56,217 nt of DNA, taken from positions 1-56,217 of the forward strand of contig CAZIPL010000006.1 in NCBI GenBank assembly GCA_964541255.1. The letters are read 5' to 3'. Below are positions 1 to 8,628 of this stretch, in pieces (position 1 is the stretch's first letter; each line of letters begins with the position of its first letter). This DNA comes from an uncultured Clostridia bacterium. GTDB lineage: Bacteria > Bacillota > Clostridia > Christensenellales > CAMQZB01. Both the position numbers and the translations under genes were made by a program. The notes beneath the pieces were generated by a model, which ran no database searches, had not been told where the DNA came from, and saw nothing but the letters and a program-made list of their open reading frames with translations.

Positions 1-966
1 CCCACGCTCCTCATATACGAACATTGCTACGCCTCCTACGACCGCGATTGCAGCGCCTATTCCGATAAGCTTATGTCTGCCGAACTTATTGACAAGGGGC
101 GTAAACGTAAGCTGAGACGCGAGCGTTGCGACAAGATATACTATCGCAAAGACCATATAAACGGAACCGCCTTGAGCATAACCGAACTCGAAGTAGCAGA
201 AGTTCATACCGAACTGGAGCAAAAGTCCCGAACCTAAGTAATAGCAACAAACCGCGAGCGTTACCCACAAAAGCTGGTCGTTGCCTTTGATTATCCCGAA
301 CATTTTGCCTAAGGTTACTTTTTCGGCTTTTTGAGATAAATCTCTCGGTTTTTCTTTTACGCCGAAGAAGGTCAACGCTTGAGCCGCGACAAATATACCG
401 ACAACGAGCATCGCGCAAATTCCGTATCTTCTTACCTTATCCGTGCCCGTATACATAGGTACGACCGCGGCAACGGCAAAAGCCGCTATCGAAATGAAGA
501 TATTCATAAGCGTTGTCAACGTATTTCTCTCGTCAGCATCGTTTGATAGCGCGGGAAGCATCGACCAATAGCTTACATCGTTCATCGTGAATGTCATTCC
601 CCAGAAAAGATATAACACTCCGAAGAACGCAACGAAGCCCCAACCAGTAAACGCACGGACAAGGAACATCAATGCCGTGATAATTCCGCTCGAAATCGCG
701 CCGATGATTATCCACGGACGGAACTTTCCGCCCTTGAGATGAGCGTTTTCGATTATCGTACCCATCATCGGGTCATTGATTGCGTCCCAGACCTTGCAAA
801 GAGTCATTATAACCCCTATTGCCGCAAATTGCGCGTCGGTGAGCGTCATGGTATATTGAATATACACCAAAAGGAACATCGAGACGAATTGATAGAGAAC
901 GTCTCTCAGTCCGCCCAAAGAGTAACACCACTTATTGCGGTTGAATAACTTTTTTTCTTCGTTCAT
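1..966 (-). CDS. Glycoside-pentoside-hexuronide (MelB/GPH) sugar:cation symporter, MFS; partial, runs off the left edge; probable SQ/SQ-glycoside importer
   Basis: Not in ORF track. Manual translation from ATG at 966: MNEEKKLFNRNKWCYSLGGLRDVLYQFVSMFLLVYIQYTMTL...KVWDAINDPMMGTIIENAHLKGGKFRPWII. The WDAINDP and GKFRPW motifs are typical of MelB/GPH. AAGGA RBS upstream. Confidence 0.9.
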   Translation of the reverse strand, partial: MNEEKKLFNRNKWCYSLGGLRDVLYQFVSMFLLVYIQYTMTLTDAQFAAIGVIMTLCKVWDAINDPMMGTIIENAHLKGGKFRPWIIIGAISSGIITALMFLVRAFTGWGFVAFFGVLYLFWGMTFTMNDVSYWSMLPALSNDADERNTLTTLMNIFISIAAFAVAAVVPMYTGTDKVRRYGICAMLVVGIFVAAQALTFFGVKEKPRDLSQKAEKVTLGKMFGIIKGNDQLLWVTLAVCCYYLGSGLLLQFGMNFCYFEFGYAQGGSVYMVFAIVYLVATLASQLTFTPLVNKFGRHKLIGIGAAIAVVGGVAMFVYEERG

Positions 967-1069
967 TTTTTCATCCTTTTTAGCCTCGCTTTTAAGAAAA
1001 ACAAGACCTATGTTTTATTTTTTATACAAGAAGTTTATGCTTTTCATTAGATTCGGAAACCTCGATATA

Positions 1070-1120
1070 ACAATCCCTCAGTCGCCTTACGGCGACAGCT
1101 CCCTTACTAAGGGAGCCTTT
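1070..1120. repeat. REP-like double-hairpin element of Clostridia type
   Basis: ACAATCCCTCA-GTCGCC-ttac-GGCGAC-A-GCTCCCTT-act-AAGGGAGC-CTTT gives two adjacent perfect stems. It resembles the CCCTCAGTC...GACAGCTCCC...GGGAGC intergenic repeat I recall from gut Clostridia. Confidence 0.7.
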
Positions 1121-1200
1121 AGTTTTGCGGCATACGCGAAGCGTTTTGCAAAACGATTTGGCGTCAGACAAAGCATTTTCTTCTTATAGGCTATACTATA

Positions 1201-1229
1201 AGAATAATACTTTCTCAAAAAAAAGTCAA
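1201..1229 (-). promoter_or_regulatory. Putative sigmaA promoter of the symporter
   Basis: TTGACT (1229-1224)-17 bp-TATTCT (1206-1201) on the minus strand. Confidence 0.4.
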
Positions 1230-1308
1230 TACGCTTAGAACACACAAAAGGTATTGCTCAACCTGCACATCAGCTGAACATCAATAAAAAAACATTGTTT
1301 TGACACAC

Positions 1309-1401
1309 GAAAATAATTGTTAAATCATTTATTTATTTTCACTATATATTGACTTAAGACATATCCGATGATATAATTATTTTAATCGATTTAATAATTA
1401 T
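1309..1401. promoter_or_regulatory. Two imperfect AT-rich palindromes, candidate ROK-repressor operators
   Basis: GAAAATAATTGTTAAATCATTTTATTTATTTTC (1309-1340) and ATAATTATTTTAATCGATTTAATAATTAT (1373-1401, overlapping the -10/TSS). The operon encodes a ROK regulator. Confidence 0.4.
1349..1377 (+). promoter_or_regulatory. sigmaA promoter of the yihQ-like operon
   Basis: TTGACT-17 bp-TATAAT with extended -10 TG; AAGGAGG RBS before ATG 1416. Confidence 0.75.
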
Positions 1402-1415
1402 TAAGGAGGCGTTAT

Positions 1416-3416
1416 ATGATCTCGTTTGTTAATGAAAACGGCAGAAAATCGGTGCTTTTTGACGGGCACGAGCTTTTCGTCGAAAAAAAGAACACCCCTA
1501 TTTTGTTTTTAGGTCGTCCGAACATCGAAATAAACAACTGCCCGAACTTTAAGTTCTCAGACAAAACAAAGCTATTTACCGCCATAATAGAAAGCATCGA
1601 CAATACCGAAAACGGAATAATTCTTAACTTTAAGGCAAAAGATTTCACCGCAAAAATGACAATCGAGGAGCTTGACGGCGAAGCGAAAATCAATATTTCT
1701 TCCGACGAGGATTTGGCGATAAGGCTCAACCTCAAATCAAGCAAAACCGAGCATATTTTCGGAGCGGGCGAAACGTTCAGAAAAGCCGACTTAAAGGGAG
1801 AAAAATATCGCGTTTTCGTCGAAGAGCATATAAGCGTTATGCCTATTGCAAAAAAAATCGTGCGTTTGAAGCTTCATACAAATACCGACAAGCCGCACGC
1901 CTTTTCGAAGTATAAAAACTATTACGTTCAGCCGACGTTCATTGCAAGCGATTCCCATAATCGTTCGAATATGACCTTTATCGCCGATTCGAAGAGAATT
2001 GCTTATTTCGATTTCACGAAAAAGGACACTTCTTCTCTCGATTTTTATGAGCTTCCGCTCAATATTTCAATCAAATTCCACGACAGCGTTTTGGACGCGG
2101 AGCGATATTTTGCAAAAACGCTAGGAATGTTCCCGAAGCTTTCGGAAAGCGTCTATGACGGAATGATTCTCGGCATTCAAAGCGGAACGAAAATTTGCGA
2201 CGAAAAGGTACAAAAGCTCTTAAGTAAGGGCGCAAAGATAAACGGCATCTGGGCTCAAGACTGGTGCGGCGAAATCGTTACCGATTTCGGCAAGCAAGTG
2301 TTCTGGAACTATTCGCACGACGAAAACCTCTATCCCGCCCTTTCTGAATATATCGAAAAATGGAAGAGCTTAGGGATAGGTTTTTACGGGTACATCAACC
2401 CTTATCTTAACGAGAACGGAAAGCTTTTCTCTGAGGCTGAAAAGCTCGGCTATTTAGTCAAAAAGCAAGACAGTTCGACTTATCTTCTTTCGATGTCTAC
2501 TTTTAAGTTCGGAACGGTCGATTTAACCAATCCCGACGCGTATTCGTGGTATAAAGAAGTCATCAAGAATAATATGATAGGCTTAGGTCTTGCAGGCTGG
2601 ATGGCAGACTTCGGAGAATATCTCCCTACCGACGGCGTTTTATACGGCGGAAGCGGTTATGACGTTCACAACGTCTTCCCTGTTCTTTGGGCTAAATGTA
2701 ACAGAGAAGCACTCGAAGAAACGGGAACGTTAGGCAAGATAACTTTCTTCATGCGCTCGGGATATTTAGGAGCGGCGAAATATAACACCTTGATGTGGAA
2801 CGGAGATCAGCACGTCGATTTTACTCGCGATTACGGCTTGGGAAGCGCAATCATAGCGGCGATCTCGATGGGATATTCCGGGATAGGAACTTCGCATTCG
2901 GACGTAGGCGGATATACGACCATTGCGCCTTTATCGAGAACGGAAGAGCTATATCTAAGGTGGCTTGAAATGAATGCGTTTATGCCTTTCTTGCGTTCGC
3001 ACGAGGGCAACCGTCCGTGGGACAGCTTCCAGTTCGACCAATCGGAAAAAGCTATGGACGGAACGGCGAGATTTTCAAACATCTATGCAAACTTAAAAGA
3101 GTATTTCCTTGACGAAGAACGCTATTATCACGAAACGGCAACGCCTATCATTCGCTCGGTTTATTCCGATTTCGAAGAGGAGCAATACGCGAAAATCGAG
3201 GACGAATTCTTCTCGGGACGAGAGCTTTTGGTATGCCCTATCGTGAAAGAGGGCGCAATGCAAAGAAGCGTTACTCTTCCGTGCGATATGATTCACCTCT
3301 TCACTAAAAAGCCATATAAAAAAGGAACGCACACAATCGACGTTCCCATAGGTACTCCCGCGGTATTTTTTATGCCAAACGGCGCGCATAAAGAGCTTTT
3401 CGAAAGCCTCGTTTAA
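1416..3416 (+). CDS. yihQ: GH31 sulfoquinovosidase (YihQ-like alpha-glycosidase)
   Basis: Motifs WAQDW.G, YINPY, DLTNP.AY.W, GWMADFGEYLP (nucleophile Asp), MWNGDQ.VD (acid/base), HSDVGGYTT and RSHEGNRP closely follow E. coli YihQ; sulfoglycolytic neighbours. Confidence 0.85.
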   Translation: MISFVNENGRKSVLFDGHELFVEKKNTPILFLGRPNIEINNCPNFKFSDKTKLFTAIIESIDNTENGIILNFKAKDFTAKMTIEELDGEAKINISSDEDLAIRLNLKSSKTEHIFGAGETFRKADLKGEKYRVFVEEHISVMPIAKKIVRLKLHTNTDKPHAFSKYKNYYVQPTFIASDSHNRSNMTFIADSKRIAYFDFTKKDTSSLDFYELPLNISIKFHDSVLDAERYFAKTLGMFPKLSESVYDGMILGIQSGTKICDEKVQKLLSKGAKINGIWAQDWCGEIVTDFGKQVFWNYSHDENLYPALSEYIEKWKSLGIGFYGYINPYLNENGKLFSEAEKLGYLVKKQDSSTYLLSMSTFKFGTVDLTNPDAYSWYKEVIKNNMIGLGLAGWMADFGEYLPTDGVLYGGSGYDVHNVFPVLWAKCNREALEETGTLGKITFFMRSGYLGAAKYNTLMWNGDQHVDFTRDYGLGSAIIAAISMGYSGIGTSHSDVGGYTTIAPLSRTEELYLRWLEMNAFMPFLRSHEGNRPWDSFQFDQSEKAMDGTARFSNIYANLKEYFLDEERYYHETATPIIRSVYSDFEEEQYAKIEDEFFSGRELLVCPIVKEGAMQRSVTLPCDMIHLFTKKPYKKGTHTIDVPIGTPAVFFMPNGAHKELFESLV

Positions 3417-3536
3417 TGTTTTTCGCGGCAAAAAGCGTTTTCAATACTTATTTGCTTTATATATTATCTATATAAACTTAATTATTCAAAGTAAAAGTAT
3501 ATTCAATTCAAAAACAATTTTTAGGAGATTACATAA

Positions 3537-4022
3537 ATGAAACTTGCAATAGGTTCGGACAAGAGCGGCTATCAACTCAAAACGGCGATAGCAAATTATT
3601 TGAACGAAAACGGCATTGAATTTACAGACTTAGGAATCACTCTCGACGCGCCGAAGCCTTATGTCGAAACGGCAAAGCGTTTCGGACAAGGGTTCAAAAA
3701 GGGCGAATTCGACAGAGGCATTCTCATCTGCGGAACGGGCATGGGAATGGCAATCACAGCCAATAAATTCGAAGGAATCTACGCCGCTTGCTGCGAAAGC
3801 GTATATTCCGCAAAAATGGCAAGAGCTATTAACAACGCAAACGTCCTCACTATGGGAGGTTGGATTATCGGCCCCGAAATGGGCGTTGAAATGGCAAAGG
3901 CGTTCTTGCAGACCGATTGGCTCGAAGACTTGGAGCCGTGGCGCAAAGAGTTCTTGACCAACTCTTCGAAGACGTTCAAGGAAGTCGAAAAGGATTCTTT
4001 CGACGGCAAGTTCGACCTATGA
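3537..4022 (+). CDS. RpiB/LacAB-family isomerase; by context SqwI-like 4-deoxy-4-sulfoerythrose isomerase
   Basis: MKLAIGSD..G, GILICGTGMGMAITANK, NNANVL motifs; clustered with SQase and DUF4867. Confidence 0.8.
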   Translation: MKLAIGSDKSGYQLKTAIANYLNENGIEFTDLGITLDAPKPYVETAKRFGQGFKKGEFDRGILICGTGMGMAITANKFEGIYAACCESVYSAKMARAINNANVLTMGGWIIGPEMGVEMAKAFLQTDWLEDLEPWRKEFLTNSSKTFKEVEKDSFDGKFDL

Positions 4023-5122
4023 CGGATTTTTGCTACAGTCAGCCCGTAAAAATTCTTTTCGGGAAAAACAAGCTTGTCGAAAACATAAACAGCGAGCTTT
4101 CTCTCTTATCCTCGACAAGACCGTTTCTTGTTATCGACCCCTACTTTTTCGAAAACGGACTTTTAGATAAGCTATCCTCTATTCCTTTTGTCGGAAGCTT
4201 TAATAACATATCACCCAATCCGAAAACCTCGGAAGTCGAAGAAGCGGCAAAGCAAATTAAAAGCCTAAACGCCGATTGCGTTATTGCGATAGGCGGCGGC
4301 TCGACTTTGGACTTAGCAAAAGTAGCAGCTTGCCTATCTTTTGAAGAAGAATCGATAGACAAGTTTTTCTTAGGCGAAAAAGCTTTTTCAAAAAAGCTTC
4401 CGACTCTTCTTTGCCCCACAACGAGCGGAACGGGTTCCGAAGTAACGAAAGTAGCGGTTTTATCTAACGGCGTCAAAAAATCACCTCTCGGCACCGACCT
4501 ATTTTTCGCAAATTGCGCCGTTATCGACCCAAGTCTTACCTACTCGATGCCGCAAAAATCAATAGTTATTTGCGCACTCGACGCACTTTGCCATGCGCTC
4601 GAGGGGTTCTATTCGAAATATCATCAGCCTATATGCGATTCTATCGCAATGGCGGCGGCGAAAACTATTTTCGACAACATCGACAAAGCCGCAGAAAAAG
4701 ACGAAGAAACCTTAGACAATCTCGCACTTTCTTCAAATATGGCAGGGCTTGCGTTTGCTATCCCCAAAACCGCCGCGCCACACGGAATATCATATGCTTT
4801 GACAACAAACTTCAATATGCCGCACGGCGAAGCTTGCGCGTTTACCGCAGACAAAATGCTTATTGTCAACAAGGACGCAGAAAACGGTAGGCTTAAAAGA
4901 ATGGCAAGCTATTGCGGTTTTTCGAGCGTAGAAGATATGGCGGAAAGAATTTTCGAAATTAAGAAAAAATATAATCTTAAGTGTTCCCTCTCGGACGCAG
5001 GGATAACTCGCTCCGACATACCGACGCTTGTCAAATCGGCACAAAACGCAAACACGGCAAACAATCCCGTCGAAATGACGGAAGAAAAGCTTACGGAATT
5101 ATTCATATCACTTGATTTTTAA
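4019..5122 (+). CDS. Iron-containing (group III) alcohol dehydrogenase; by context SqwF-like sulfoacetaldehyde reductase
   Basis: AIGGGS..DLAK, PTTSGTGSEVT, DALCHALE, PHG motifs. True start is likely ATG 4019 (ATGA overlap with the upstream stop), not 3917. Confidence 0.85.
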   Translation: MTDFCYSQPVKILFGKNKLVENINSELSLLSSTRPFLVIDPYFFENGLLDKLSSIPFVGSFNNISPNPKTSEVEEAAKQIKSLNADCVIAIGGGSTLDLAKVAACLSFEEESIDKFFLGEKAFSKKLPTLLCPTTSGTGSEVTKVAVLSNGVKKSPLGTDLFFANCAVIDPSLTYSMPQKSIVICALDALCHALEGFYSKYHQPICDSIAMAAAKTIFDNIDKAAEKDEETLDNLALSSNMAGLAFAIPKTAAPHGISYALTTNFNMPHGEACAFTADKMLIVNKDAENGRLKRMASYCGFSSVEDMAERIFEIKKKYNLKCSLSDAGITRSDIPTLVKSAQNANTANNPVEMTEEKLTELFISLDF

Positions 5123-5134
5123 GGAGAATATATC

Positions 5135-6451
5135 ATGAAACAGAATATAAAACTCGGAGTTATCGCTCTTGCAAGAAAAACTTTCGACTGGATCGAAGCG
5201 CAGAAGATTTATACAAAAACGCTCGAAGATCTCAAAAAAATCGATAATTGCGAAATAATCGCTGAAGAAAACCTTGTTATCGAAATCGAAGACGCCGAAA
5301 ACGCCGCAAAACGCATTTCCGCGCAGCACGTTGACGGTTTGGTTATTATTTCCGCAACTTTCCACTTGGGACATTTGGCTTTGACCACGCAAAAGTATTT
5401 CAAAGGTATTCCTCTTCTTTTGTGGGCGTTTGACGAGCTTCCCTATGACGGAGGGAAAATTCGCCTTAATTCCGTATGCGGACTTAACCTCAACGCGTCT
5501 AACCTTTATAAAGCTGGCGTAGACGGCTATTTGGCGCACGTAGGCAACGAAATTCCGCAAGATTTCGTAGACGCGGTTCGTATGACGGCGGCACTTAAGA
5601 ACACGCGCGTTGCTATGATAGGCTATCACGCGCACGGATTTTTCAATCTCGGAGTCGAGGCGCTTTCGCCTTATAGAAACTTCGGAATCTTGACAGATCA
5701 TTACGAGCTTTCGGACTTTTTCGGAAGAACGGTTTCGAAAGAAAAACTCGAACAAAGAAAGCAGATGATAGAAAATACTTTCGTAACGAAAGGAATAACG
5801 GAAAAACAAGTGGAACTTTTGGCAAACCTAACCGAAAGCGCGAAACAGTTCCTCGACGAAAAAGGTTTGACTTGCGCCGCGATAAGGTGCTGGCCTGAGC
5901 ATGCCGCAAGCTACGGAATTTCCCCTTGCGCGGCAATGTCTATCTTGGCTGACGAGGGATATATCTTGGCTTGCGAGGGAGATTTGGAGGGCGCGCTTTC
6001 CATGCTCTGTTTCAAGGCTATCGGCACAGACACACCTTTCCTTGCGGATCTGTCGCAAGTTGATTTGAAAGAAGATTTCGCCCTTATGTGGCACGACGGC
6101 GTTGCCGCTCCATCTCTTTGCGACGGCAATTGCGCCGCATGTCTCGACACCTACTTTGCGGGCGGAAAGGGCGTTACGGCGGACTTTACGCTAAAACCCG
6201 GTCGCATAACCATTGCAAGAATCGATACCGCAAGAGGCAAAACGAGACTTCTCACCTCTTTAGGAACAGCCGAAACAGTCAAAAAGGAGATTAAAGGCAC
6301 TTATTCGAAAGTTCGCTTCGACGAGGGTACGAAAAATCTTCTTGACAAGGTTATCTATACGGGAGTAGCTCACCACGTAGCTTACGCATACGGCGACCAC
6401 GCAAAAGCGTTTGAGGCGTTTGCGAGAATGAACGGTTTGGAGGTTTTGTGA
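5135..6451 (+). CDS. L-fucose/L-arabinose isomerase-like protein; by context SQ isomerase (SqvD/SftI)
   Basis: LNSVCG, AIRCWPE, ACEGD, WHDG, HH motifs of the fucose isomerase-like family; AAGGAG RBS. Confidence 0.85.
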   Translation: MKQNIKLGVIALARKTFDWIEAQKIYTKTLEDLKKIDNCEIIAEENLVIEIEDAENAAKRISAQHVDGLVIISATFHLGHLALTTQKYFKGIPLLLWAFDELPYDGGKIRLNSVCGLNLNASNLYKAGVDGYLAHVGNEIPQDFVDAVRMTAALKNTRVAMIGYHAHGFFNLGVEALSPYRNFGILTDHYELSDFFGRTVSKEKLEQRKQMIENTFVTKGITEKQVELLANLTESAKQFLDEKGLTCAAIRCWPEHAASYGISPCAAMSILADEGYILACEGDLEGALSMLCFKAIGTDTPFLADLSQVDLKEDFALMWHDGVAAPSLCDGNCAACLDTYFAGGKGVTADFTLKPGRITIARIDTARGKTRLLTSLGTAETVKKEIKGTYSKVRFDEGTKNLLDKVIYTGVAHHVAYAYGDHAKAFEAFARMNGLEVL

Positions 6452-6452
6452 T

Positions 6453-7067
6453 ATGAAGGTGCTTTCCGTCAAAAGCAAGGAATTTGAAAGGTTCGGAAAG
6501 GTCTTGAACGAAAAGGAATGTGCCGAAAAGCTATTACCTGTTCTCGACGGCTTTGCTATCCCAGACGTTATGAATGCCTATTCCCCGTCGGAAGAAGCGC
6601 TCGAAAAGGTAGGTATCGAAACTTTTTCGAAGTATTTCGACGGCGACATTCAGATAGGCTATTGCAACGGACGAGGGAATAAACTCAACTCTATGGAATA
6701 TCATAAGTCTAACGAAATCGACATCGCCTTAGGAAAAGCCGTGCTTTTCTTAGGGCAGTACGAAGGAAGCGATGAGATAGAAACCTCTTCTTTCATCCCG
6801 TTCTTGGTCGAAAAAGGAGACGTTGTGTTGCTATATCCCGAAACGTTACACTTTGCCCCTCTTGACATCACGGGGAACGGCTTCAAAACGGTCATTATTT
6901 TGCCGAAAGGAACTAATCTGCCGATTCCTCCCGAAGAGAAAAAAGGAACGTATTTTATGGCCAACAAGTGGCTTATCGCTCACAAGGAGCATACGAAAAT
7001 GGTTGACGGCGGTGCGCACGTAGGGCTTATCGGCAAAAACTATTCGGTTTCGGACTTAGAGCTTTGA
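6453..7067 (+). CDS. DUF4867 family protein (SqvB/SftX, SQ mutarotase-like)
   Basis: QIGYCNG..N.LN..EYHKS.E, LHFAP, ILPKGTN, NKWLIAH motifs. Confidence 0.85.
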   Translation: MKVLSVKSKEFERFGKVLNEKECAEKLLPVLDGFAIPDVMNAYSPSEEALEKVGIETFSKYFDGDIQIGYCNGRGNKLNSMEYHKSNEIDIALGKAVLFLGQYEGSDEIETSSFIPFLVEKGDVVLLYPETLHFAPLDITGNGFKTVIILPKGTNLPIPPEEKKGTYFMANKWLIAHKEHTKMVDGGAHVGLIGKNYSVSDLEL

Positions 7068-7068
7068 T

Positions 7069-8196
7069 ATGATCGATTTTTTTCGCTACAACACAAGAAA
7101 CGCAAAGGCGCTTTTGAATAATCTTTATTTCAACCCCTCTATGACAAGAGGTATGCTTTCGAAAAAGCAAAACTGCACGCCCGCGATGATCTCGATTATT
7201 TCGGGAAAGATGCTTCAAGACGACATTATTCGCGAAGCTCCCTCAATCGAGACAGTCGTAAAGACGGGGCCGAAAGAAAAAGCTTTAGTTTTTAACGGCG
7301 ATTTCGCCTTGTTTTTGGGCATTTACGTCGGCAAAAGCCGAGTAAGTATAGGAGTTGCGAACGCAAAAAACAAGCCTATCGAAAAAGTCTCAAAGCGTTT
7401 TGTCGAAAAGGATTTTGTCGGGAAACTCGAGTTTATCGAAAACGTCGGCAAGGACTTTATCAAAAAGTACGGCAAAAACAACTTCTTTGCCGTCGGTTTA
7501 GGCGCGGTAGGTATTCCCGACAACAAGCATTTTTCATATGACGCTTTCGGCGAGGGCATCGACTTCAAAAAGCACCTCGAAAAAACATTTAATCTTCCGG
7601 TCGCCGTTGACAACAACGTAAGAGCGCTCGCAACGGCGGAGTATCTTTCGAAATACAGAACTCCGTCGGAAAGGTTTATTTTCGTTAAGTACGGTCCCGG
7701 GCTCGGCTCTGCAATGGCGCCGATAAGTCTCACGGAGCAAAACGACGTATATTTGGGCGAAATCGGGCATATGCAAGTTAAAGGCAGCGATATTCAGTGT
7801 TCATGCGGCAAAAAAGGCTGCTTGGAAGCGGAAATAAGCGAAGAGCGAATTCTTGATATATACAACAAACAAACTAAAACCAAAGCACTATCGGCATTCG
7901 AGGTCTTCGAACTATTTGATAAAGGGGACGAAAACGCAAAAGCCGCGACGGAGGTTCTTATCGATAAACTATCCCTCACCCTTTCGCACCTATATCTTAT
8001 TTTCAAAAACGTGCAAATCGTTCTTTGCGGTAAGGTTTTCGAATACGAAAACGTGAAAAAAGCCATTCTTTCAAGAACGGCGGAATATCTGCAAACGGGC
8101 GGCATGGCAAACCGATTGCTCTTTTCTTCGCAAGAGGACGAAAACCGCTTTCTTGGCGGCAGTGCAGTCGCCATTTGGGAATTGCTGCTTAATTAA
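7069..8196 (+). CDS. ROK-family transcriptional regulator (NagC/XylR-like)
   Basis: N-terminal HTH (MTRGMLSK...TPAMISII), DNNVRALA.AE, GEIGHM...C.CGKKGCLE zinc motif. Confidence 0.9.
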   Translation: MIDFFRYNTRNAKALLNNLYFNPSMTRGMLSKKQNCTPAMISIISGKMLQDDIIREAPSIETVVKTGPKEKALVFNGDFALFLGIYVGKSRVSIGVANAKNKPIEKVSKRFVEKDFVGKLEFIENVGKDFIKKYGKNNFFAVGLGAVGIPDNKHFSYDAFGEGIDFKKHLEKTFNLPVAVDNNVRALATAEYLSKYRTPSERFIFVKYGPGLGSAMAPISLTEQNDVYLGEIGHMQVKGSDIQCSCGKKGCLEAEISEERILDIYNKQTKTKALSAFEVFELFDKGDENAKAATEVLIDKLSLTLSHLYLIFKNVQIVLCGKVFEYENVKKAILSRTAEYLQTGGMANRLLFSSQEDENRFLGGSAVAIWELLLN

Positions 8197-8232
8197 ATGA
8201 AGCTGATTTTAGATTGAATTCTTGGTTTATTC

Positions 8233-8263
8233 AGGGGAAACTTTTTAAGGAAAAGTTTCCCCT
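8233..8263. repeat. Palindromic intergenic element AGGGGAAACTTTT-taagg-AAAAGTTTCCCCT
   Basis: 13-bp perfect inverted repeat 37 bp after the ROK stop; REP-like or terminator. Confidence 0.55.
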
Positions 8264-8320
8264 AACCCATTCAAAACCTTATTTATTTCATCCTAAAACC
8301 TTTTTATATTTCAGTATAAG

Positions 8321-8349
8321 AAAAAGCGAGAACATTCTCGCCTTTTTTT
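8321..8349 (+). terminator. Intrinsic terminator of the SQ operon
   Basis: GCGAGAA-ca-TTCTCGC stem followed by C and T7. Confidence 0.65.
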
Positions 8350-8410
8350 GATTTGTTTACTATTCTATTGCAGTTGTACTCTGCCCTACTTAATTATTAT
8401 TTTAACTACT

Positions 8411-8437
8411 GCGGCGGCAGCAAAGCCACCGCCCTAC
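8411..8437 (-). repeat. GTAG-type REP element
   Basis: Minus strand reads GTAG-GGCGGTGGC-ttt-GCTGCCGCC-GC, i.e. a GTAG tetranucleotide directly 5' of a GC-rich imperfect palindrome. Confidence 0.6.
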
Positions 8438-8543
8438 GAGTTAGTGCTTTTTTTATTTTGATCTATTATACCATAGATTTATATGAACTTCTTTTCTTAT
8501 TCCACAAGTGTTGTACTTAATAAAATTATTTACTTATTCGCAT

Positions 8544-8575
8544 AAAAAAAAGGCGAGAATGTTCTCGCCTTTTTT
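8544..8575 (-). terminator. Intrinsic terminator of the GH3 gene
   Basis: AAAAAAAAGGCGAGAA-tg-TTCTCGCCTTTTTT; near reverse-complement copy of 8321-8349. Confidence 0.7.
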
Positions 8576-8628
8576 GTTGTTTTTCTGCTTCTATTTTTTA
8601 TTATTATATCTTGATTATTAAAAGCAAA

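Noticed and set aside
86-1189. Short ORF-track calls at the left end
   Set aside because: Superseded by the partial GPH symporter frame (966 to <1) and its regulatory region.
3917-4018. N-terminal extension of the Fe-ADH in the ORF track
   Set aside because: It overlaps the RpiB gene by about 100 bp. ATG 4019 gives a normal ATGA coupling and a family-typical N-terminus.
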